This document shows, one piece after another, positions 27,701 to 39,700 of a stretch of 64,000 nucleotides of DNA. Both the position numbers and the translations under genes were made by a program. Position 1 is the stretch's first letter; each line of letters opens with the position of its first letter. Under the pieces are notes generated by a model. The model was given only the letters and a program-made list of their open reading frames with translations, did no database searches and was not told the DNA's origin. This stretch comes from Phoronis australis (lineage: Eukaryota > Animalia > Phoronida). The stretch covers positions 248,001-312,000 of the forward strand of contig NMRA01000435.1 of the NCBI GenBank assembly GCA_002633005.1. Direction: 5' to 3'.

Positions 27701-30700
27701 TCTCTTTATAAGAAAGTGTGTTTGCGCAAAGCTCAGAAATCAGAGAGCAGAGATAAGAACGATTAAACGAGCAACTATCTCCGGAAACAGAATTCGTATT
27801 CAGTTAAAACAGTAATCAGTATTGCAATAGGTGTACAGAAAAAGAGACAACGAAAATTCAAGGTCGAAATAAGTTGAACGAATATTCCAAACTAAACGCA
27901 GCAGACACAAACAGTGCATTGACGAAGTCGTCTGCTTCTACTTCTTGAAGTCGTCTGCTTCTTGAGAGCCATATGCGGTTTTGTTTACAATAATAGCTGA
28001 TGAAGTCAAATCAATTTTATTCGCTTGTGTTTCCTGTTCACCTAATTAGTGAATTCCTATTACACCTGACTTGCGAATTCTTAATGATTAAATTATTCAT
28101 ATATGGAAGAATGTTTGACCACATCCAAGGTTTTTCCAAGGCAATGTCTCTGGTAACGTTTGTGCTGAGCATTTGCTCTCATGACAACAGCCACTCCCTA
28201 CACAGTTACAAATATTTACATTGAGGAAACCTCAGTTCACATTACAGAACACGTCTTATGGACAATAGATATTGCTAATGTAATAAACATTTGTTTTGCT
28301 TTTAATTCATTCCTTGATATGTCCTAAAACACAGTCTTGACTAATGTTCATGTTGAGGATCATTTGCTGAGACTTCATGGCCATGAACAAAGTCCTACAA
28401 AGACCAGTGGTACAGTTCAACAGAACTAGGGGATTAACATATCAAACATTCAGAAAAATATGGAATTTCTGTCAATAGCAAACACCGACCAAGCAGGTAA
28501 AAGCATTCACCAGTGAAAACATATCATTCACAATAATTACAAACAACTCATTGTCTGGATTTAAACCTCATAAATGACAGATTTGGTTTCTCTTAAAAGG
28601 GAATTACAGAAATGCGGTAAAACCTCATCAATTAAGAATATCTCTTACTGAAGGAAATAACATTCTGTTCTGTGGTTAACGGGAAAATAACTCAAATTAA
28701 ATTTCTTACTGGCATAGTAACATTTTGCTCAGCAACAATGAATTTTGTGTCAAAATACGTTTCCACGGATTTGTTGTGCAAAAGTCCAAGGTGCAAAAAC
28801 CACTGCTCTAAACATTCACACACAAACTTATCTTACTAAAGCAAAGCAACAGCGTGATTAGTGAAAATGTTATTGGCACTTTCATGGTAGGCATTTTTTG
28901 GGTCACCCTGTATCCAACAAAAGAACATCACAAAAAAGTCCAACAACAGGTAATCAAAACGAAATGACATACCATCTTGAAGAAGACAAGTATAAAGCAA
29001 CACGTGTTAATAAAAACAAGATTTTTCAACTTCAACATGTCTCAAACATCATAATCAGGACAAGCAATCAAGGCCATTTACAATCTTGACCCACACAGTG
29101 CTCAACTGGCTCAAGCTAAATAACTAAATAAGCAGCTAGTGCACATTTGTTGCTACGATGCTTGCTGATAGCTCTACAGAACACCATGTGGGTCAAGATT
29201 GCTAGATAGCCTTGGTTGATTGTCCTGATGATGAAGTTTGAGACATCGAAACTTGTTGAATGACATACCTTTAGAAACTGAACGTACGCTTGGTTGGGAT
29301 CTGTTAGTCTCATGCCATTCAGTTCTATGTATTGAAACTTGGGAATCTCTTGAGCCTCGTACGACTCCTGCAAGCATCTGATAACTTCGTGGACGGTAGC
29401 CGTCTTGCCAGTGCCAGGCACACCAGAGATGTACATACACCTGTGACACGAGAGGGATGGTATTATATGGGAGTGACACCAGTATCAGGATGTTGCTGGC
29501 TACACCTGTGACATGAGAGGGATGGTATTATATGGGAGTGACACCAGTATCAGGATATTGCTGGCTACACCTGTGACATGAGACGGGTGGTATTATACGG
29601 GAAAGACACCAGTATCAGGATATTGCTGGCTATAGAATTGTGTGCAAGTGTGTAAGCACATCCCCAGAAATAACTTTCGCATACATTCATTAGTGAGACG
29701 GAGCTCAGAAGAGCAGTAGACACCTTTGTGCAATGCTCAATTGTCTGCCAGTAAAGTTAAGATTCGAAACTGAGTCTCCCTCACAGGAGTCCGAAGCTCA
29801 AACCCTTGGGCCACACTGTCTCCTCAAGTGATCAAGTACAGTACATAGTAAAAGTGATCAGACAAAATACTGTTTTACCGGCAAGATGACTAATTCTGTG
29901 AACAGGAAAATGGCTGGTAATGACTGTTATTGGCGCAAAATTCTAATCATAGAATAGCGTAGTTACTGTATTAACTGTCCTCGAAAATGACCTTCATGAT
30001 CAGTCATGAGGGAAGACTTACTTTGATGATAAATTCAGCTTCAGCCCAGCCATCATGATGAGGAATTCTGGGTAATTTTGTCTGAATACTTTTGGATTGT
30101 ACTGTAAATTGCACCACTAGCATGATGGGACTCATTGACATAATTGCAGAAGTAAAACATGAAAGAACGATCAGAACTGACCCAAGTTTATTGACGATTA
30201 AGACTGATTTTTGCACGTTTCGTCACATTCAGTACATTTTCATCAAGAGGGATGACTACCATTCTAAAAAAATCAACAATATTTTTCTTCTCGTTGAAAA
30301 TCAGCGAAATTTAAAGCTGCAAAAATTTGTGGCCGAATATCAAAATAATTCAAATGTCTTCTGGGTAATTTCGACAGTCAGACAAGCTTTGACACAACCT
30401 CTCTTTGGAAACTAGTGCTCCAGTTTTAACTACAGGACTACTAACCTACCACTTCCAAGGGAACCATGCGTAAGTCTGAGGCTGTACTAAACACAACAAG
30501 TAGGACTGTGCACTGTTTTTTCACATGACTGACATCTGTTGTAATGAATATCAGGGGCCGCGATCTAAACTTTCCACTTGAAATCAAACTCCAAATTATT
30601 TTTAACACTTCTGTCTTACTATGGACCGTACGAACTCAAGATCTGTGCTCGGGTATATTTTAGTTTAGTTGGATGACTTTGTAATTCTATTTTGCACATA

Positions 30701-33700
30701 ATGACACCAGAGTTAAAACCATAAGTTCGAGTCTGAACTTGAACTCTCTAGTTTGTAGTTTGAATCTTGGGGTCATCAAGTGGTTTGCCTAATCCATTAT
30801 ATACTCAAGCACAAAATAATGAATAATTATCTTAAATTCATATCAAAGGAGATTGGTAAATGACAAATGTATTTCAAGTTCGACTTCGAGTAAAAAGTTT
30901 AGATTCCAGCCCCAGATGTTTAAATCCGAAATACCCACCCGCTGGTACCGTCGAGAATTTTGCCTTCAACAAACGTGTAGATGTCCGAGAATTCTTGATC
31001 TCGACAAGGAAGGCTTGTTGGCACAGCTGACACATGTAGTCTACAAGACAGAAAAACAAAAATGTTACCAAAAATTCAACTCAGGTGACAACACAACACA
31101 GTAAACAAAAAATTCAGAGAGAACTTAAGTTATCTGTTTTTAAGAAACACACAAAGAAATACAATCTACTTCCAAGCCTTGCTTAGTGGAGGTAACGTTA
31201 ATTTAACTGGAGGAGAAAGAATAATTTTACCTCAAATCATGCATAACACTTTTTAAAGAGATATAAATGATAGGTGGTTTAAAAATGCTTGAAACACAGT
31301 CCTTTTTCATCTACAAGGCAAAAAAGATGAGAGGCTTATCTAATTTCCAAATGATTGACTGATTACTTGTCGGAATTAATATTGTAAAGTGAGCACAAAA
31401 GTGCAAATAACAACCTGCAAAATAACATACAAATAACGCAAAATGGTCATGATGCAATCAAAAAGGTTTATGGAGATTGTGGCAACTGACGTTCACAGGC
31501 ACTAGAACCTAAGGAATACATAGTGATTTGTAAATTCACCAACATGAAGTTATATTCAAGAACCTGTACATGCCTGGCTCGAGCTTGCTCTAATAAGGAC
31601 ATTGCTTTGTTGGCAGACATCTTCCTAGATGGAACAGACGGAGTCATGCTGGGTCTGACCTTGACTTTTGACTGTGGATAGCAAAACAAACATGTGCACT
31701 CGTTAAGGACCTCATTAAAATAAATGTTTAGCTTGAACTAGAAATTGAGTTATCTACAGGTGGACTACAGTTGTACATTTTTCAATCTCTAAAATGTTTT
31801 TAAGTCACTCATAACGTATTGTAATCAATAAAAATACAAAAATTGCAAACAGTTTTCAAGTCTGGTGTGTACGCCACCTGTTGGCCACATCACATCTAAA
31901 AAAGAATACACAGCTATTATGTAGTTAACTCAGGGATTGAACTAGTCGATAAGTGTGTAAGATGCCATCCCAGATTCAGTAATACACAGAAACAAACAAA
32001 CATTTAGGTTCTAAAATTCACGGTCTAAATTATCACAGAAGAAAAGTGGAGCCTAAAATGGTTATCACCAGTTCTTGAAAAGAGAAAGACAAAAGGGTTG
32101 AAGTTCTGCAAAAACAGACGACTGAGTGTTAATAAGCGATATGAAGTATAAACAAACCATCTACAAGTATGGTTTTCACCGACCAGCGTACAAATAGAAA
32201 ATAGCAACACAGAAATAAAGTCTACTGTAAATTGTGTGTACCTTATTAGGAGTTTTGGAGACAGATGTCCGCCAACTCTGAGAAGCTTTGCTAGATTTAT
32301 CTCTATTTTTCTTCGATGGGACGTAATTGTCAGTCTCTTCATCACTAGAGCTGGCAGATAATTCACTGGCTGAAATGTCATCTGGGCTGTAGTTCTCATC
32401 CTCATTGGTAGAAGCACAACGCTTATTATTTTTAGCCTTTCGTGTCGAACTTTTCCTCGCAGGTCGCGTTGGAGTTCGTGAAGCTGGCGAAGACTTTGTT
32501 TTTTGAGACATTAACTTTTTATCGCCATTTTCCTTAAAACTTGATTGAGCTGTTTCTTCGGCGGTTTTCATGGCTGAGGTAGACTTAGATTTCACGGCTC
32601 GTCTCGGAGTTTTGCGCCTTTTGTCAGACACATCCTTTTCATCCGAAGACGTGTCAGAATCAATTTCTTTACAAGAACTAGGTGGAGGTGATAACCGCAG
32701 TCGTTCTAGAACCTTCTCAGCCCATGTTTTTCTAACGCTTGATGGCCCTTTGTCATCGCGTTTCTTAGTCCTCTTTGAAGATGTCAGCTCAGCTTCAGAG
32801 TCAGATGAGGATAGCGGTGTTATTTCTTTGCCCTTTTTAAAGGAGCCTTTCTGCTGAGTTCTTGACGGTTTTGTAGCTCTCTCTATTGTCTGAACAGTTT
32901 GCCTTGTCCTTTGAGAAGTTAACTTTTTATCGTCATTTTCTTTACTACTTGGTTTAGTCGTTTCTCCGCTGGTTTTCATGGCGGAGGTAGACTTAGATCT
33001 CACTGCTCGCCTTGGAGTTTTCCGTCTGTTGTCGGAAACATCGTTCTCATCTGAAGACGTGTCAGAATCATTTTCTTTACAAGAACTAGGTGGAGGCGAT
33101 AAACGAAGTCGTTCTAGAACTTTATCAGCCCATGTTTTTCTAACGCTTGATGGTCCTTTATCATCTTGTTTCTTAGTCCTCTTTGAAGGTGTTGGCTCAG
33201 CCTCAGAGTCAGATGAGGATAGCGGTGTTATTTCTTTACCCTTTTTAATGGAGCCTTTTGACTGAGTTCCCGACTGTTTCCTAGCTCCCTTTGTTGTCTC
33301 CACTGTTTGCCTCGTGCTTGCCTGGGCACTGTCAGGCGTCCTTATAACAGCCCAAGTTGGGGACTCAATCTTTTTCATTCTACAAACAAGTCAGGATAGA
33401 CTCAAAATATTGTCTGTTTTCTAATAACAAGTTTCCACATATTACACTCTTTACACATTTGTTACCCAGAAAATAAATATGGAAAGGCTAGTCAGAGGTT
33501 GGAAGCCTCAGAACTAGCCAGAGTACGTTCGCTATTTTGATCCTCACTTAACTTTCCACTTACTTATCAACTCCTAAAACACGAGCAACGCAGAGTACTG
33601 ATGAGCATGCTCCGTTGTTTCGCATGTAGTGCAGATACAAGAGACCATCATTACTTTAAACATTCCCACTAACACCAATGACATTCATCATGATCTTTCA

Positions 33701-36700
33701 TGCAGTTTAGTTGACAGGGATATTGGCAATGTATGAGAAGTTGCGTCAGTCCCAACAAGACACAGACACTCCAAGAACAATTTAAAAATCATGCAATCAG
33801 CGAAAACGATGTGAAAAGATGTCAGACTGTAAAGCAAGAGTGCTTCAATTTCAAACAAGAGCAACGTGGAGCGCTGAAATGTGCCCGCTACTAGATGGTG
33901 CAAAAACATACAATCCATCCAAAAACGGGAATATGTCATTGCTTCTATAATAGAAAGCGATACACCAAATTTCATAGAAATCCGTCACGGAACTTCAGAG
34001 AAAGAAAGGAAAACAGAATAAAATGAAATTGCCACTAGGGGGCACAGAGATCATTGGTTCCGCCTGAAAGTCGTCACTGTTTGTTGTTAGCTTCACATAA
34101 ATACACATACAAAAATTAATAAAGATCCTGCAGTGGATTTAGGAGATAAAGCTATGGGCGCAAAACAAAACAAAACTACCACTAGATGGCGCCAGAGTAG
34201 TCAAAGTCGTCATCATCAACTGTCCTCTTCACCCTGAGCACATATACGCCAGTTTTCAAAACCATCCTTAAAATGATTTGGCAGATAGGGAGGTAGATGC
34301 CAAAAAACAGATACAAAAACAGCAAAAATCGCCACTAGCTGGTGCAAAGTACCTTGATTCCATCCGAAAACGGGGTGATAGCATCATCTCACCAACAGAT
34401 GCCCGTATTTAAAATTTTATGAAAATCTGTTGAAGACCTATGAAGATACAGAGGTACAAGTAGGAGGCGTACCAGTAGTCAGATCCATCCCAGAATCATC
34501 GTCATCCGTAGTCAACATCATATAAACAAACTTTTTAAATTTAGTAAAGATCCTGCAAACGGTTTAGGAGATACAGTCATGGGCGCAAAAAAAGAAACTG
34601 CTACTTGAAGGCGCCACAGTAGTCGAAGTCATCGGAAAACCATCCTCAGCCATCCACTTCATAGTAAAAACATGCATGCCAATTCTCACAATTATCCTGA
34701 AAGCGGTTTGGTTGATAGAAGGGTGGACGTCAAAAAACAGACTGGAAAACAGTAAAAATGGCCACTAGGTGGCGCAAACTAGGTCGAATCCATCTGAAAA
34801 CAGAAAGATAGCGTCATCTTCCTAACAGAAGCCTACATGCCAAATTTTATGAAATTACGTTGAGGACCTTTGAAGATACAGCGGTAAACGTAAAAAAATA
34901 AAATTGCCACTAGGTGGCACATCAGTTGTCAGATCTGTCTGAAAATTGTCGTCGTCCATTGTCAACATCATATAAATGCACTTCTAAATTAAGTAAAGAT
35001 GCTGCAAACGGTTTAGGAGATATAGCCATAGGCGCAAAAAAAAAACTGCCACTAGGAGGTGCCACAGTAGTCGAAGTCGTCGGAAAATCATCGTCAACCG
35101 TCCTCTTCATAGTAAGAACATACATGCCAATTTTCACAATCATGCTTAAAGTGGTTTGGTTGATAGAGGGGTGGACGTCAAAAAACAGACTCGAAAATAG
35201 TAAAAATGGCCACTAAGTGGCGCAAACTATGTCGAATCCATCCGAAAACGAAAAAATACCGTCGTCTCACTAATAGATGTCTATATACCAAATTCCATGA
35301 AAATATGTTGAGGACCTTTGAAGATACAGAGGTAAACATAAAAATCTAAAATTGCCACTAGGGGGCACACCGGTAGTCGGATCCGTCCGAAAGTTCGCTC
35401 ATGCCGTCCCATTCATGACAGAAACACATGAGCAAAGTTTCATGAACATACGTCAATCGGTTTTGGAGATAGAGCAGCGGACGCCGGATGGACGGTAGAC
35501 GGACGCCACCTGGACTGACGGACGCAGATGACTGCATAATGCGTCCACATATAAATATGCGGCGGCATAAAACACTATTGATGTCAATAATGATACAAAA
35601 AATTGACGTATCGTTTTAAGCAATAGAGAGAACTATATTTTGCCCAAATTTTCCACATATACACCAGACTTGCTGAGCGGTCCCCAAAGAACTTGCATGG
35701 GGGCTTTTCTATACCAAATTTATGAAAGAGCGCCCCTGGTGATGGTTCTTTCAGAAAACCGCGATACAAAACTGGCAACACAAAAAAATAACATTCACCT
35801 CAATTTTTTAACCGGTGTCCTCCCCTTGTTCACATCGACAGATCTGTCAGCATCGGCACTGCTCTTACCAAAGTACTTTGAACTGACACTCGACTTCTTT
35901 GTTTCAGCAAGAGGACTACCACCGTGGCTAAGGCGTGATTGCTTGAATTTCACAAGTTTTGACGGAGACACCGCAAAAGCATTTGGAGAGCTCATTTTCT
36001 TTCGACACTTTGCAGGTGTTCGACTCGATTTTAATGCCAATCGGCTTGATCGCCTTGAGGATGATGACGACACGCTGTCCGTTTCCCGGCGATCAGCCTC
36101 TCTTTGAATAATGTCTCTTGCTAAATCTTTGCTAGTAATACTGTCACTATCATCACCATGGTAACTGCTTATTGTAGAGACCGCTTCATCATTTAAATCA
36201 TCCAATAGGAAGTCGGCAACGTCTGTCCCCTTGTACCAACTGTGCTTGAAATTGTTGGCCTTCGGGTTTTTTATATCTAAAACAATATTATTAAGTCACA
36301 CAGAGTGAGAAGAAATGGTATAATCCATGCAATGAAATTTCTTTAACTTGAATAACCTTCATACCTATTTAAATAATTGTAAATGAACCCAATACTATTT
36401 TAATCTGTGTGGCAGCAGTTCAAGGCATTATTTGTGTGGGGAAACTAAAGCCTATAATTTAATAAAATAAATTCCACAACCGACACATTTTCGTTGAACA
36501 ACCACCTTGTAAAGTATCTCAACCAATAAATCCAACAGGAGATGAAATCACATATCCATACAACGACATATCTTTAAGTTAAAGTTTATACAATTTTAAA
36601 GAATTGTAAAAGAACCCAATAATACTTTTTATTAGTGTGAGGACGACAATAACAAATGAGTTCCTGACACGTAACCGACACGTGTTCCTCGAACAACCAG

Positions 36701-39700
36701 TAAATAAAAGGTTTCATAATACCTTAACACAAACATTTTTCCTTGGAACCTTCACAAAATCTGATCTTGGAAACAAAAAACAACATTCAAAAGTAGAGAA
36801 TACTTTAAAAAGTTTGCTTGACAATACAACTCTCAGCTATAACCTACAAGTAAAAAATAACTGACAAGCCAACAAGCATTCAAATTTGTAAGCACATTTG
36901 CCACAATAGCACCATTTTATGACGGCAGAAATTCTATTGATAACAAACATGCAACCCTTGGAGGACACAGCTATTGAATTATTTCACCTTGCCGTCTTTT
37001 GACCCCCGGCTACTACGTCTAGATAGATAAAATGTATCACAGCATTTTGGCAATAACAAGAAAAAAAGCCAGATTTGAAAACTTTGAAAGCAAGCACTAC
37101 TTTGTTTTCTGACGATACCGGTCTGACATCACATTTTTCTCAAAGGAAGCATGTTTTCTAGTCCCATAGTGACTTAGGGCGCAGTAATTTCTCAAACAGA
37201 TTTGAACTCTGGAAGTAATTACCTATTTTCTGAGAAGATTTGATTGACGTGAATGGTATCTCTGGTGAAACTGGAGCAAATTGACCTCTAGGCCCTCGTG
37301 GCAACTCTTTGCTGTTGGATACTCCATTCGCTTGACTTTTCCGTCGTTCAGATGTTGGAGTTTTTGAGCAAAACTGCGAACTGAGTCCCTTTTCGTAATT
37401 TCTATCCAGCTCAAGCGACACAAGCTTAGTTCCGTCGTAGGATTTACGAACAAAAAAGCAGTTTTTGCCCACCTTTTTGCGATTGTTGAAATGTTTCTCA
37501 TTTGGGCACGCTGTCACCTGCAAATATTATACAAGCTCATTGGCTCGTGGGGATTGAAATAATTTTTTTTTAAAATTTACTTCATGAACACAGTTATTAA
37601 AGACTTCATCAAAATACAATCCTGTTATTAAAGTACATTTGATTTGCGGTGAATGTTTCATAGCTATCACACTTAAGACTATTGTTAATGGTGTTTACAT
37701 AATTTCCAGAACAAGAATAACGCAAAAAGTTGAAATGCACCGCAGATGGAATGCTACTAAGGATATTTATTAATATCAAGAAGGATACTAGATGGTGCAG
37801 AATACGAGTGTAAAAATCCAAAAATAGAAAAATGACAATTTTTAGCAATTATTTCTTGTCTTGTGAAACCATGTTTGACCCCAACGAAGAATTTCTACGA
37901 CAACTGCGGTGGTTTTGAATTGGATTGAACTAAAAAAAGGAACCGATACGTTTAAGTTGCATTTTGCCTTGCTTAGCTGTAACTTTAAACGTATTTGCAG
38001 TTCATAACCAAAGAACCAAAACCAGGACCTGATCACGGGAAAGGGCGATTGTTGCTTCATGCAACTGACCTAATTTTGAATGGAATTCCTTGCACATAAT
38101 TTTCAAATTTTCCAGGGTTGGCCAACTCCAATAAAATCACTGATATTCTGACATATTTCGTGACCCACTGAAGGTTTGTACGTTCTTCTTGACAATAGAA
38201 AACAAGTCCTATCATGGCAAGGGAAACTTTGTAAGCAGGACAAAATGCAGCTGCAAATAACTCATGGAAGTCGCATCTCGCAAACCAACAATAACTCACG
38301 GTGCATTTTTCAAAGATGGTCTGCACATCAATGTCGTCCTCAATGCCGAGCAAGATTTCATGTTCATTCTCCAGCTGGTTCACCACCTTCTTGGGAAGTT
38401 CGTGAGACCGCCAGTACCACTGAACCTGTGCACGACACTCTTCTTTGACTTCGTCTGAAGACAAAATGTGGTTGAAATATTCGATTGTATATGAAAATAG
38501 ACGTTTTCATTGGTTCCACACAATGTCTTTTAAGACCACCTAACTCTTACGAATGGTAGGTTCTGACTCAAACAACCTTTCTTCTACATGTGTAATCCTT
38601 TCTAAAATCTCTCTTTACAGCAACCTGTACGCTATTTACATTCGCAGAACGTTTCGGTTGCTCATTTCTCTAGCCATCTTCAGGTATTGCAATGCTCTTA
38701 GAAGAACGAGCACGGGTGTATGGTACACTCATGATGGTCAATAATGAGCACGCAATGATTATGATTACCACAGGATGCATCCTATTATCAACGCAATATG
38801 TGTTCATAATTGCAGGAAATTCAGTTACAAAAAGTTATAACATGAAGGGACAAAATCAAAATAAATATGCACCAGCGACACCTAGCTGTAAAATATGAAC
38901 AGTTGCCGCGTACCTGTATTTTTATTGTTTAATATTTAAAAAAGAGGACCCTTACACTGGACACTGACTGCGTACCTCAACTTGAAAGTACAGGTTGACA
39001 TGTCTTCCCTACCTTCATACAGGCTGACTACTTTGGCAATGAAAGCCAATTCCTCTGGGTCTTTATCATCGCCACAGTCCTCATTGCAGACCAACACATG
39101 GTCTCCACACATCACAGTCAACTCATTGACCTTCATGCCACTGAAACAAATAAATGCCAGAACGGTGTTGCAGTTTAAGTACCGTAATTCTTCACTTATT
39201 TGCCGCACAGTATGTCTGACAAGTGAAATTCCATTACGTTCAATTTCTCCACAAAAATAGTGGTTAAGAAAATTTAGCCCATAACTAGCATGGTTTGCAT
39301 TCAATAAAGTTTTCATTATGGGAAGCACGGTAAAATTGATCAATTTTGTAATTATTTTTGTGCGAAATAAGTGTAAAATTAGCATACCATACTAGTAAGA
39401 CTGATTAAGACGCCTTACTTTGACACAAAAGGTTTCGAGTTCAGACTCGGCTGGAACAAGGTGATCTTTCACTATACGAGTGACCAACAGTAGTACATAC
39501 TTATGGCAACAGAGAGGGACCACACACACTCCTGAGTTTGAAGAGCAGGCAGATTTGCAAAACGGGGTTGACTGGATTGTGGAATTCAAGGTGGCATGAC
39601 CCCTCCCAAATCCAGGCCGCAAGACACCTCCCAATTTTATTGGTTGGGGAAATGTGTGGTGAATCTGATCAAGCTGGTCTGGTTGACCATGTGTTGTATA

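Noticed and set aside
29437-29630. CRISPR-like repeat array
   Set aside because: The units are contiguous with no unique spacers, the context is eukaryotic, and there are no cas genes.
32570-33265. Two similar 95-aa + strand ORFs that look like a tandem gene pair
   Set aside because: They are antisense shadows of the 408-bp duplication in ORC1 exon 6.
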